From Eledone cirrhosa (lineage: Eukaryota), in contig OZ024742.1 in NCBI GenBank assembly GCA_964016885.1, positions 214,396,001 through 214,460,000 of the forward strand: 64,000 nt of DNA, written 5' to 3'. Position numbers and translations under genes: made by a program. The notes beneath the pieces were generated by a model. The model made no database searches, was not told the origin of the DNA, and was given only the letters and a program-made list of their open reading frames with translations. This document shows positions 26,547-38,776 of the stretch, piece after piece. Numbering within the stretch: the first letter of the stretch is position 1; every line of letters starts with the position of its first letter.

Positions 26547-27209
26547 ATGAAAATGACGTCTCTCGGCTTTTTTATCGGCTTATCTATTTTGACTATTACA
26601 AATGAAAAATTTGTTTCCCTGCAAAAGTCTCGCCAAAATGGTCGCAAAAAAAATCGCAAAAGGTCACTTCATACGTTTCGCGGCTTTCGAAAAAAGTCAC
26701 CATATACGTTTCGCGGCTTTTTGATCGGCTTATTACTTTTTTGCCTGGCGCGAAAATGCAATATTTCCATTTCGAATGAAACAATTCCACAATCGGGCAA
26801 TTCGAATGATGAAATTCACATTCAGGCGGCTTTTTACAAATCCAATAAACGAATTTACCCGATTTCCAATCAGAAATATAGAACACGTGCACTGATCTTA
26901 TCATTGCTTATTATCGGTTGTGTTGAATTAAATCCTGGACCTGAATTTGAATTCAATGAGACTGATAGTGCTTCCGAATGTCCCAAAGATCAAAAAATTC
27001 ATAAAGAGAATGAAAAACGGAGAAAAAATGCCATTAGGAATAGGGAGTATAAAAAACGGAAAGCTGCTGAAATAAAAGAAAAAAGACAATCAGAACAAGC
27101 AAAACATATGAATAATGCATACCAAAAAGCGCGTGAAGAAAATACAAAAATCCAAAAAAAATTATCATGTGAAAAATTGACAAAAAATCGACAAAAATGG
27201 CGTGCGTGA
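26547..27209 (+). CDS. Mobile-element-associated ORF with a 2A-like (StopGo) motif followed by a K/R/E-rich helix; probably truncated
   Basis: ALILSLLIIG-CVELNPG|P at 26889-26942; the ORF then runs into the tandem repeat at ~27130. Confidence 0.5.
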   Translation: MKMTSLGFFIGLSILTITNEKFVSLQKSRQNGRKKNRKRSLHTFRGFRKKSPYTFRGFLIGLLLFCLARKCNISISNETIPQSGNSNDEIHIQAAFYKSNKRIYPISNQKYRTRALILSLLIIGCVELNPGPEFEFNETDSASECPKDQKIHKENEKRRKNAIRNREYKKRKAAEIKEKRQSEQAKHMNNAYQKAREENTKIQKKLSCEKLTKNRQKWRA

Positions 27210-27390
27210 AGAAAATCCAAAAATCCCAAAAAAAATTATCATGTGAAAAATTGACAAAAAATCGACAAAAATGGCGCGCGTGAAAAAAAATCAAAAAAAC
27301 CCCAAAAAATTTGCATGTGAAAAATTGACAAAAAATCGACCAAAAATGGCGCGCGTGAAAAAAATCCCAAAAAAATTTGCATGTGAAAAT
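27130..27390 (+). repeat. ~73-bp tandem repeat, 3-4 units
   Basis: gcgtgaagaaaat...catgtgaaaaattgacaaaaaatcgacaaaaatggcg repeated. Confidence 0.9.
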
Positions 27391-27859
27391 TAATATTTGC
27401 CTTCTATTGCATTAGAATTTGTCATGTTTAATTAAAATGTTATTTTCAACTAAATGCAAATGGTGCAAATTTGCTCCATTTAGATTCAGTTGTTAATGCT
27501 CACCTACTAATTTAAAAAAATTGTATTTTCTTAAATGACTCTTATTTATCATAAGTTAATATTTTTAAGATAGGTGAGTGCTCCACGATCTGACCTATGT
27601 CCCCGCCATGTGGAGTGGATGCTTGTACCAATTAGATAAAATATCTCAACTTATTTCTGTGACTCCAATGCACAGGCTGACACTGTAGCTTGAATTAAAT
27701 TCAAAATTGGTACAAGTAACTAAGAGGTCACAAAAGAATAGCTTCACTTTCACCTATAGTTTTCATTAACATCATTTTTGGGATTTTTTGATAGAAGTAA
27801 CTAAAGTAATAACTATTTAATTAAGTAGTTGTTGTTTGCATTGCCTTGAAAAATAGGAA

Positions 27860-28976
27860 ACTAGCTAGAAAAATGCGTACAGCAAAAAAAAGTAATATTG
27901 TTGGAACAAACCTTTAAAAATACAGGACAAGGAAGTAAGATAAACCTTTAAAAATACAGGACAAAGAACTAAGATAAAACTTTAAAAGAATAGGACAAGG
28001 AATATAAATTTTTACAATAATATTAGTGGCAAAAATTTTATTGGAAAAATAGATAATTGATCAAATAAAAGTGATTTATTTGAGTAACATGAAATTACTT
28101 AATGAGAAATATCAATACAATGAAATTGATCCCTGTCTTGTGTTCCTCCTCCAAGTCCGAGTTGTACCAACTGGTTCATTGGTTCATGAGGAAGTGGGCC
28201 AGGAAAAATGTAGGAAAAGTCATCATGGTTCATTTCTGTTCTTCCCTTCTACTCGAGCCCCCTCAGCGCCTGCATCCCCCAGCTACAATGACTCCCAAAT
28301 CAGCAGTCTGTTGCTCCTGCACCAACGCCTCCACCTCCTCCCCCCTCGTCGCCTGCTTCAACTTTCATCATTGCTGCGCCAACATGCCCAGTGCTGTCTG
28401 GAAGTGGTTCAACGAGTCCGGCGCCGGCTTCACCTGCTTCAAGTGCTCTCCCAGGAAGAAGCACTCTGCCCTATCCACCTGCCCTTCTACCACTGCCCAT
28501 GAAGCCAGTCCGGAACCGTCAACCGTGCCTCAAAGTGTCATCGAGGACCAGCAGGATTCCGAGTCGAACACGGGCCCATTCACCTTGGTCACTCGCCGTC
28601 ATCGTCCCAGAGTCAAGACCCGTACCCCTCCCTCTCCCCCTCCAGTTCCTGCTCCGACCCAGTCCGAGTTGCGCCGGGTCATCCGCGAGGAGTTGGACCG
28701 GGAAAGATGACAGACAAGTGATCATGGTTGGAGTGGATGCATGCGGAACATCATAGTTGTAATTGGTGTAATGATGGAAACTCAATTTTTTACCAATTGA
28801 ATTTTGCCACTAATATTATTGTAAAAATTTATATTCCTTGTCCTATTCTTTTAAAGTTTTATCTTAGTTCTTTGTCCTGTATTTTTAAAGGTTTATCTTA
28901 CTTCCTTGTCCTGTATTTTTAAAGGTTTGTTCCAACAATATTACTTTTTTTTGCTGTACGCATTTTTCTAGCTAGT
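27860..28976. repeat. ~175-bp near-perfect inverted repeat (27860-28034 / 28802-28976) enclosing a GC-rich insert
   Basis: actagctagaaaaatgcgtacagc...tattagtggcaaaa versus its reverse complement. Confidence 0.9.
28288..28710 (+). pseudogene. Fragment of a LINE (CR1/L2-type) ORF1 with a PHD-like finger
   Basis: CxxC...C..FHHCC...W...FTCFKC spacing, then a Pro-rich linker and ELRRVIREELDRE coil; high-GC island in AT-rich context. Confidence 0.55.
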
Positions 28977-29061
28977 ATTATATATATATATATATGTTTT
29001 ACTCTGCTATGTATTGAGTACCTTACTTACTGTGGTTACCTCCGATTCAACCCGGAATAAC

Positions 29062-29099
<38 letters not shown>

Positions 29100-29753
29100 A
29101 GTAGGTATATATATATACCTAGTTGTGTGTGAGTCAGTCCTGTGAGAATCTCTAAATATTCACACATAAATATACTGAAATATAGTGTCACCTAAGATCG
29201 CTCATGCAAGAGTGACAAATGTCCTTTACAAGCCTCTATGTTCACATGACACTTGTCAACATCTTGACAGGAAACACAACACAGTATGATACAACAGTTT
29301 ATAAGGATATAACATCTCTTATCAGATTCTCTGCATATAAGCATACATCTCAGATTTTTTCTGTACATTTTCCTTTTACATAACAAACATAATAGATATT
29401 GAATATGTTTGTGAAACCATTTGCACTATAATGTGGATTTGACGTCCTAAAAGTTTCTAATATACGCGTTCAAGATTTGGTGTAAAATGACGCTATCACG
29501 AACTTTACAAAATATTCATGATTTCCCATAACAATTTAAAAAAAAATTCTATTATTGTTGTTGATTGGGTCTGTGTCAGCTCTGATCTGGCAGTGTCTTT
29601 AATATGAGAGGCTTTCCAGCCGTAAACATCTTGCCATATTATCCTATACAGTGTTTCCAGTGTATCCATCTTCCTTGTGCTGTTTGGTAAATGAGTCATG
29701 TGCTAGAGATTTTGTTCGTTTCTAAACTTCACATTATTTTTGATCTTTTAAAT

Positions 29754-30179
29754 AGCGTTGGATTGGCAGAATCATTAGAGCGTAAGACAAAACTATTTAC
29801 GGTATTTAGTAACGGACATGTACGTTCTAAATTCAAATCCCATCAAGGTTAACTTTGCTTTATCATCCTTCTAGAATCAACACTATAAAGTCAAATACGG
29901 AGGTTGATATAGTCGATTTTCCTCTCCCGAAAACTGTTGGTCATGTGCTTAAATTAGAAATCATTATTATTCATTTTTTATTCAGGGCGGTGGATTGACA
30001 GTATCGGTAGGGGGTCGGACGCCATGCTTTGACGCATTGAGTTACGGCCCTTGCCATTCTGAGTTCAAATCCCGCCGAGGTTAACTTTGCCTTTCATCCT
30101 TACGGGGTCGATAAAATAAAGTACTAGTAATGTACTGGTTATTGCTGGCCTTGTTCCAAAAGTAGAAACAATTATTATT
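29754..30179 (+). mobile_element. Two tandem tRNA-derived SINEs (older 29754-29970, younger 29985-30179)
   Basis: A/B boxes; attattattcattttttat occurs on both sides of the second copy (TSD-like). Confidence 0.9.
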
Positions 30180-30869
30180 CATTTTTTATGGAGAGCTAGA
30201 TATGAAAATATTTTTGTCGCGAGCATATGTAGCTATGTTCTTTTGAAGCAAATGAGAGATGTTTCCTTTTTAAAAAAATGCAATTACTTGTCAAATAACT
30301 ATTTTTAGTCGATGGGGAACTTAACTTCATTATATCCCCTCAGATGCTATCTATTTTTGGTGGTTTTGTGCATTTCGCTGTAAAGATAGCAGAGAATCAT
30401 AACCCTCTAAGTCTTTTGAGTAAAATGCTTGCCATTTTGCGACATGTGGATACGTTGCCTCCAGCAGACTTGTCACTGCTAAAGTTACTTACTATCCATG
30501 AATGAGAATGCAGAATAAAATGAAGGCGTTATCTCATTATAGTAGAATAGAATAGCTGCTATAATAAGGTGTAATTCAGCTAAATTGATTAATTTGGGCA
30601 TGTGATTTGGCGAATATATGCATAAATTGGAAACAAAATCGTGAATTGGCTATGCCTGTAGCACTTTTCCAATAACATGAGACACAGCTTAGTTATATTG
30701 CTTATTTCCTCCTCACAAACGCAAATGTCATGTATATATTAACACATATGTATAGATGAGAGCATATCATTTTCGGATAACATCGATTTCTTTCCTTTAC
30801 CCTAATCTTATAGTTTAATCACCACCGTACATGAATAACAAGAGAAAATGAAGATGAGTTTATAAAGAA

Positions 30870-32281
30870 CAAGTAAGATAAGTCTTGCCAAATTTTAGAC
30901 ATAATGACTTTGAAGACACTTTTTTCAAATATTGATTGCAGTATAATAAACCTTTTATTTTTTATTCTTATGACTTTCTTGTTTTCTCCTCAGATTAATT
31001 TAATGTTATATTGCTTAATAATATGCATTTTAACCCCTACAGATCAGACACATATAAGAAACTGTATGCTGTGGGAATAAAAAAAAGTGCACCTCAGCAA
31101 GAGCCGTAGCTCGGAATATTCTCTCTGTCGATAGAAATAAAGCTCAAACTGTCTCAACATGCCAAGGATGGTTTAAACAATTTCATATTGGACATTTTTC
31201 TCTCAATGATTCTTCTCAATCAGGGCGAGCATGTCCTCTCGATCTCGAGCTTTTACCAAATGTGGTGGAAGAAAGTCCTAAGCAAACTGCACGAGAATTG
31301 GAAAAAGTGTTTAATACACGTCACAGGATTATTGTAAAGCAGCCTTTCGAACTGGGGAAAGTGTCTAAACCTGGCCAATCAGTGCCACATAATCTGGTTG
31401 CTACTCAATTCTTTCCAAGTGTTGCTCTTTGCATTTCATTAAAGAGTAGACTTGCTAATAATTCCTTTGTGGGCAGAATAAAAAGCGGTTATGAAAAGTG
31501 TGTACTGTAAAATAATTGTTTCTACTTTAGGCACACGGCCAGCAATTAACCAGCACATTACTGGTACTTTATTTTATCGATCCCGTAAGGATGAAAGGCA
31601 AAGTTTACTTCTGCCGGATTTGAACTCAGATCATAAAGGGACGTAACTCTATGCTAGAAAGCATGGCGTCCAACCCTCTACCGATACTGCCAATAACCAA
31701 AGAAACAATGTTTATCACCTGGAGAAAAGTGGGAAACTCCCAAACGAGGACTACACCCAGGAACAATTATGCTCTCTTTCTAATGGGATATTTTGAATTA
31801 CGGCAAGACAATTAATGCTGATAATTATTGTCGCCAAGTTGAATTCTTACATCATAATTTGCAGAAAAAGCGACCATCATTGGCAAATCGGAATGTTATT
31901 TTGCTCGTACACAACATTTCGAGATCACATATTGCCCGAATACATAGAACAAAATCCTTACACATAAAATGGAAGTTTTGTTTCACCCTCCATAGTCATC
32001 TGACCTTTCCCCATCGAGCTATCATCTCAGATCATTGTACCATTTTCTAAATAGAACACAGATTACCAAACAAGAAAAGGTAAAAATGGACAATGACTCC
32101 TTCTTTGCTTCACAATCTGAAAGATTGTATGCTAGAGGGATCAACAATTTGCCAGCCAGATGGGATTATTTTATTAAAAATGAAGGAAAATAATATCGTG
32201 ATTGAATATGTCCATTTAACCAAAGTAAACGTTTTTTTTTTTCTTGTCCAAAATGGGACACGAGATTATATCTAACATAAT
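30870..32281 (+). mobile_element. Decayed mariner transposon
   Basis: Remnants WFKQF..G.FSLND...SGR, VEESPKQTAREL, (W)VPHNL, RIKSGYEKCVL (for TGDEKW), GKTINADNYC.Q and an HPP.S.DL.P-like motif; many stops and frameshifts. Confidence 0.85.
31511..31695 (-). mobile_element. tRNA-derived SINE inserted into the mariner transposase
   Basis: Reverse complement matches the SINE; transposase homology resumes on both sides; aataa on both flanks. Confidence 0.9.
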
Positions 32282-33762
32282 AATATATTTTTACTTATTC
32301 AGGCAAAAAAAAAGAAAAGAAAATACGTTCGCCTCCACGAAATGAAGATTAATATGAACACCATTCGTTATGTAGTGTGTATATATGTATATGATGAAAC
32401 GTTAGTTTCAACGGTGTCAGCTCAGCCATTTTTTTTATTAAACATACACACTACTTTCCCAATGGTCTTACTATCTGAACTGGTAACACTCAATAAATAC
32501 ATATTTACACGCGCACGCACACGGACACACGAACTCGCGTGCACACACACACACAGACACACACACACATATATATATATATATATGCTGGAATTTAAGA
32601 TGTCTCCGTTAGTCATATTTCAGCTGCACATATATATTATACTAATATTTACAACCAGAAACAGACATAGAAAAGTCAATTTTGTTGATTAACATGTTCA
32701 GAAAAAGCCATAGATATATCACATAGAGTTACCTCAATGGCAATGGCAATATTAAATGGCAATATTAAATGAATATACTTTAATAGAGATTGAAAATGGA
32801 CACTCGATTCTCAAATGTCAGAGATAAAATTCCATACAGGCAACAGCAATTTGTTTACCTTTACAAACGAATATCGAGCCATAGAATCACAGACTAAGAA
32901 ATGCTAACCCACAATGAATATTCTATGGAAGGTAGTCGATCAATACAAACACAAATACATCAGGCAAACGCACTTATTAAAACTACACAAACAACATATA
33001 AAAATGATTTATATGATTCAAGTTCATACTAACTATAAAATAGATGAACACATTATTAAAATCCTCATGAACAAAACATAAAATTCATTGTACCACACCA
33101 TAATCCAACATTAACTATAAATTAAATGAAACACTACAATTAAATTCTTCCTCGTTCTTAACAAACTACGATTGTGTAAACCCCCGGAACAAGGCACTAA
33201 TGTTCAATATGTTTTATAAATTTGATTACAAAGGTGAAGGTAGCAAATTTCATGACTGCAGCTCTTAAATACACCATACAATTATGCCCCAATCCTGGCG
33301 GCTCATTATGGAACTGCATGATACAATTGTAATGCATAACAGAAAATAGAACTCTATAGTAACCATTAACGAATAACGCTTATTTTGTCGACAGAAATCC
33401 CTACAATAATAAATGATTAATGATGGAAGGAAGGCTCACATTACTACACAATACTAAAGTAAACATAGGCCACAAACAAAACCAACAGCTGAACGAGGGC
33501 ACATAAATCTAACTATTAAAATTGAAATTCCATCAGAAAATTCTGAAGCCATCACATTGGCCCCATCTATCACAAGGAAACAGAAAACACGCCATCGTAA
33601 CTATATTACTGAAACAAAGATTATCAAGTAATGCAAGCGGAGATAATGGATTTATAAATTTTACTCTTCCAAATGGAATACATGAAATTATCCGAAAATA
33701 TGAAAGTGCTGTCTCCTAGATTTATAGTCACAAATGCACATATGTACATATGTATGTGTTTG

Positions 33763-33798
<36 letters not shown>

Positions 33799-33799
33799 G

Positions 33800-35061
33800 T
33801 AATAATAGTAATAATAATAAATGTGAAGACTAAAATCCAAAGAAGGCTCGATAAGGATAAATATATATCAAATATATAAGAACCGTAGAGCAAATATTTA
33901 TTAAAATAACAGATTAAAGTTTAAGCAAATAATCGCTGCTTTCACCCTTAACGGGATCTTCTGAAACTAACAAAGTCAATCTGTAAACGCAGAAGTGGAT
34001 ATTTCAAAAAACGTTGCAACCGGAGGAAGACAGGAAGACGATACTTTGGTTCGTGGAAACGTTCGCTGGCAAAGAACGGGAAAAAACGAATATAATACGT
34101 CATTAACGAGGTCGTAGACTAATGTTCTCTTAGGTGGTTCATAGAGACGTTCTCTGGCAATGAACGAAAAAAACGAAGATAATACGTCATATGTGGAGCG
34201 TCGAGAACAATAGCACGCAAAGACAAAACCACGTAAATGGTATAGCAGAAGTCGTAGACTTAAATTCTAACTAGGAGACCGAATGAATCTCCGCTACAGA
34301 GTTAAGAACAAAGTAAATAAATACAGTACAGAAGTAATAGAAATAAATAAATACATACACGCAAACAAATACGTACATACACAAGCATACGCAGACACTT
34401 ACCATCGGTATACAAAACCACGCACATATAAATATGTGTGTGTGTATGCATGTATACAAATAAATAAATAATTATATAAACGTATATAAATAAATAAATA
34501 CGTATATAACAAGCGCACACACATACCTACATGTAAATACACGAATGTTCGGAGACGTAAGTCAACCAAAACATGAAGTACACATATACACACACCCTAC
34601 ATACGTATGAACCTGCATACTCACACAGACGCAAAACTCCCGTATACACATAGCCAAACCATATGTACCAGAATATATAACATTATACGCCATAACATAA
34701 ACAATCAAATATACGTACAAGAAGGTATACAACCTTCACAAAACATACGGGTAAAATATACTTACCTATGCAAATAAGTAATGGTATAAACAAAACATAC
34801 TCCACGCTCCAAATATGACGTATTATCTTCGTTTTTTTCGTTCATTGCCAGAGAAAGTCTCTATGAACCACCTAAGAGAACATTAGTCTACAACCTCGTT
34901 TGTACCATTAACGTGGTTCTGTCTTTGCGCGTAATTGTTTTTCACCGCTCCTAGAAATATCCACTTCTGCGTTTACAGATTGACTTTGTTAGTTTCAGAA
35001 GATCCCGTTAAGGGTGAAAGCAGCGATTCTTTGCTTAAACTTTAATCTGTTAATTTAATAA

Positions 35062-35065
<4 letters not shown>
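33800..35065. mobile_element. Family A non-autonomous PLE-like element with inverted pLTRs between (TA)n tracts
   Basis: Hammerhead-like folds at 33918-33968 (-) and 34991-35041 (+); 34815-35062 is an inverted, rearranged copy of 33895-34240. Confidence 0.8.
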
Positions 35066-35144
<79 letters not shown>

Positions 35145-36004
35145 AAACGACAACAGGGGTTGGTAAATTTGCTTTCAAATTTTAATTCCGTGAAATCAAA
35201 ATACAGTGGCGCTTTATGAGATCGCCATGGGCCATCGAAATATGTATTTTGATTTCACGGAAATCAAAATACATCTTTCGATGGCACAGCTCCATCCTCC
35301 AATTGTGATGCAAGACAAGGCGGTCTCATGAAGCGTCATTCACAGAATTACGTAAAAGGATTACCTTGAATCTAAAAATATAATGTAAGATAAGGAAAAT
35401 AAAATAGAAAATGAATAATTAACAATTCAATTCATGGACGCTGTTAAATTGGTATGCGTGCCTGTAACCAAAACTGCACCAACGAGTATAAATATACACA
35501 TATCTAATATGTACCCGTGTAAACATAGCAGAAAACATTTTCCTGTAAATTCAAATAAGATGATAAACATCATAAAAAGACGCGTATATCCTCCAATCAA
35601 CCGCAAAAACATGTATTTCATGGTTAAATATAACCAATTTATCTTAGTAATCTTTTGAATTTGACCTATTAATTTGTATATTATTAACGCTAGTGTTAGT
35701 AAGTCTAAGCGGCTGAAGATTAGAGCAGAAATTTGATCCGACTTACAATCTTGAGATATCGTCAAAATTGAGCCTTAAAACCAGAGGTAACGCTTTTGTT
35801 TCGTGTATGAAAATAAATGTATATAATATAATATAATAAAATATAATATAATACAATATTATATTGTGTATATATATTAGTCATCCCATTTACACAGACA
35901 AGATAACTATATATATTCTCGCGTCTTTTAAAAGTCCAACTGTTGTAACAACGAGAATATATGTATATACCAATTGTATTGTTATTTCTGTTTACCTTTT
36001 ACAA

Positions 36005-36044
<40 letters not shown>

Positions 36045-36050
<6 letters not shown>

Positions 36051-37516
36051 GGAAAAATGAAACGAAATTTCATTTCTCTCACTTAGTACGGCTGTTACTT
36101 AAATATAAGTATGTATACGTACATACGTACAGGAGTATGTTTATATATACATACATGCACACACATATATATATATGTACGTATGGGTTTACCGAAGATT
36201 TATTATAATGCTCGGTTTGTTTGTAAACAAACAAAATGCCCGAATTAAGCCGTACAGTGTTTAGCAACCATCGTTGCCCTTTTGTTCAACACTGACAAAG
36301 TAACGATGTACTAGTTTCAAGCTTATTTGCTATCGTCAGCATCCTATGCCTTCCTGCCAGATGATTGAACGTCTGCAAGTATATACTTTCCTTATCCATA
36401 TTAACAGCTGAGCAGCCTAATTTGCATGTCGAGTGAGTTAGTCGGCCTGGAGCACCGAACACGATAAATGGAAAAAATGAAACAAAATTTCATTTTTCAC
36501 TCTTAGTACGGCTGTATCACGTGTTGCATTTAAAAAAAGATACGCACATTGCACAACGTCATCACAGTGGCGTGAATGGGACCATCGACAGCCAGAAATA
36601 GAAGCCGAGTCTATTCAACAATCAAGGGGCCGTATCTATATCCACTGGGATGACGTTGTGCAATGTGTGTATTTATTTAAAAATGCAACAAGTGGTTCGA
36701 GTCATTTACAGATTTGCATTTGCTTTGTAAACGCAGATAGTTATCTTCTTCTCCTTTGGTGACCATCCGAGAATATGACTACTGTGATTTGCGGATTAAT
36801 TGGTGAAATATATTTCTTACTTAAAGAAATATATACAAAGGTGATTAATCATTTGAAGTTCTAGTTAAACTTTAATTAGTTACCTACCTAGCTATGTGTG
36901 CTTACATTCTTTACAAATTATTCCCTGTGATTGTTTCATATGTTTATTTTATATATATGTCAATATATTTCTAGTTGATATGTAATGCTCGGATCTATTC
37001 ATTGGAATCTTTGAGCTTATTCAACAGTGGATATGGTGCATGCCTCTCAGACATGACAACCCTTAATTTTAATTTTGGATATATATACGGCCCCTTGATA
37101 GTTGAGCTAATCCAGTTGAATAGACTCGGTTGCTATTTCTGGCTGTCGATGGTCCTATTCACGCCACTGGGATGGCGTTGTGCAATGTGTGTATTTTAAA
37201 AAAAAATTCAGCACGTGGTTCGAGTCATTCACAGATTTGCTTTGTAAACGCAGATAGTTATCTTCTTCTCCTTTGGTGACCATACAGGAATTTCACTACT
37301 GTGATTTGCGGATTAATTGGTGAAATATATTTCTTAATTAATGAAACATATACAAAGGAGATTAACCATTTTAAAAGGTATCTATATTTGAAGTTCTAGT
37401 TAAACTTTAATTAGTTACCTACCTAGCTATGTGTGCTTACATTCTTACACCTCATTCCCTGTGATTGTTTCGTATGTTTATTTTATATATATATGTCAAT
37501 CTATTTCTACTTGATA
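36045..37516 (-). mobile_element. PLE-like element (family E) with tandem and inverted internal duplications, between (TA)n tracts
   Basis: ~50-bp direct repeat at 36045 and 36464; ~330-bp duplication 36643-36980 / 37164-37516; 36520-36615 is inverted relative to 37125-37218. Confidence 0.7.
36305..36343 (-). ncRNA. Minimal type I hammerhead ribozyme with palindromic stem III (family E)
   Basis: Reverse complement: gatg CTGACGA t-agc aaataa gct-t GAAA ctag TA catc; ACTAGT palindrome, GUA triplet. Confidence 0.85.
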
Positions 37517-37781
37517 TATATATATATGAATGTATGTATATATATATATATATATATATATTGGTAAAAGGAAAAGAAAATGATGACAAATTGTTCCCAG
37601 TGAAAAATAGTTAGTTTAATTAGGAATAAGTAAAAATTAGTAATAGTATTGGTTAGTATTCAGTTTTGGTTGCGCATTTCTAGTGCTTTTCAAAAATAAT
37701 TTTGAGATAGAGCGCCCGTGATGTTTGCTTTAATCTCTGTTACACCTCTATTTCTTTTAAATATATATATATATATGAATG

Positions 37782-37837
<56 letters not shown>

Positions 37838-37843
<6 letters not shown>

Positions 37844-38776
37844 ATGTTGAAAAGGTAACACACTAGAGAGAGAGAGTGCGCCATCAATAAAACAGGGAAA
37901 AACCACCAGTGTATGGAATCTATAACCTATGAAAGGCAGGGTAGACACACAACAATTAAAAATATAAATTAAAATGTGTATACGTACCTCTATAAATATA
38001 GTTATAGAGGTACGTATACACATTTTAATTTATATTTTTAATCATTGTGTGTCTACCCTGCCTTTCATAAGTTATAGATTCCATACACTGGTGGTTTTTC
38101 CCTGTTTTATTGATGCCACACTTTCTCTAGAGTGTTACCTTTTCAACATATTGTATTTTAAAGAGCCCAGGATTCCTTTTCCTTTGAGCACATTATTGAC
38201 AGGGAATAACGAGAGTCTATAGCTCCGTTAATTTATCGTGATATTTCGCTCCTTATAACAGACTTTCCTTTCTCTGTTTGGTTGAGCACACTTCTCTGAG
38301 TGGTTTTGGGCTGCCCTTTCTAGCAGTTCGTCCATCAGATACCACTGGTTCACTGCCCTAAACACGCCGTGACATCTCTCTCCCAGGTGTAGCTGGACGG
38401 TCGCTTTAAATTCTCTTAGATTTGTCTGAAATGTATAGCCTTACACACGCTGATGAACCATGGGCTAATCGATTTCAGTCAACAACCTCTTGGCGAAATA
38501 TATCTCTTTGGATGTGTACGTCTGTGTTATATAGTTATAGAGGTAGATACACATATTTTAATTTATATTTTTAATTATTGTGTCTACCCTGCCTTTCATA
38601 GGTTATCGATTCCATACACTGGTGGTTTTTCCGTTTTTTATTGAGTGTGCACTATCTCTCTCTATTGTGTTTAACTTTTCAACATAGTGTATTTTAAAGA
38701 GCTCAGGATTCCTTTTCCTTTGAGCAAATTATTGACAGGGAATAGCGAGAGTTTATGGCTCCGTTAATTTATCGTG

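Larger units (their letters stand above)
24648..28975 (+). mobile_element. Putative non-autonomous Helitron-like composite element
   Basis: Begins A|TC at 24648 and ends CTAG|T at 28972-28975; internal duplicated 5' module, tandem arrays and captured ORF fragments; no Rep/helicase motifs and only a weak 3' hairpin. Confidence 0.4.

Noticed and set aside
29985-30075. tRNA genes at A-box/B-box motifs
   Set aside because: No cloverleaf; each head continues into the same central domain and tail, so these are SINEs
32790-33720. Possible further decayed GIY-YIG or LINE coding remnant (TRFSN, ILWKVVD)
   Set aside because: Too fragmentary to call with confidence
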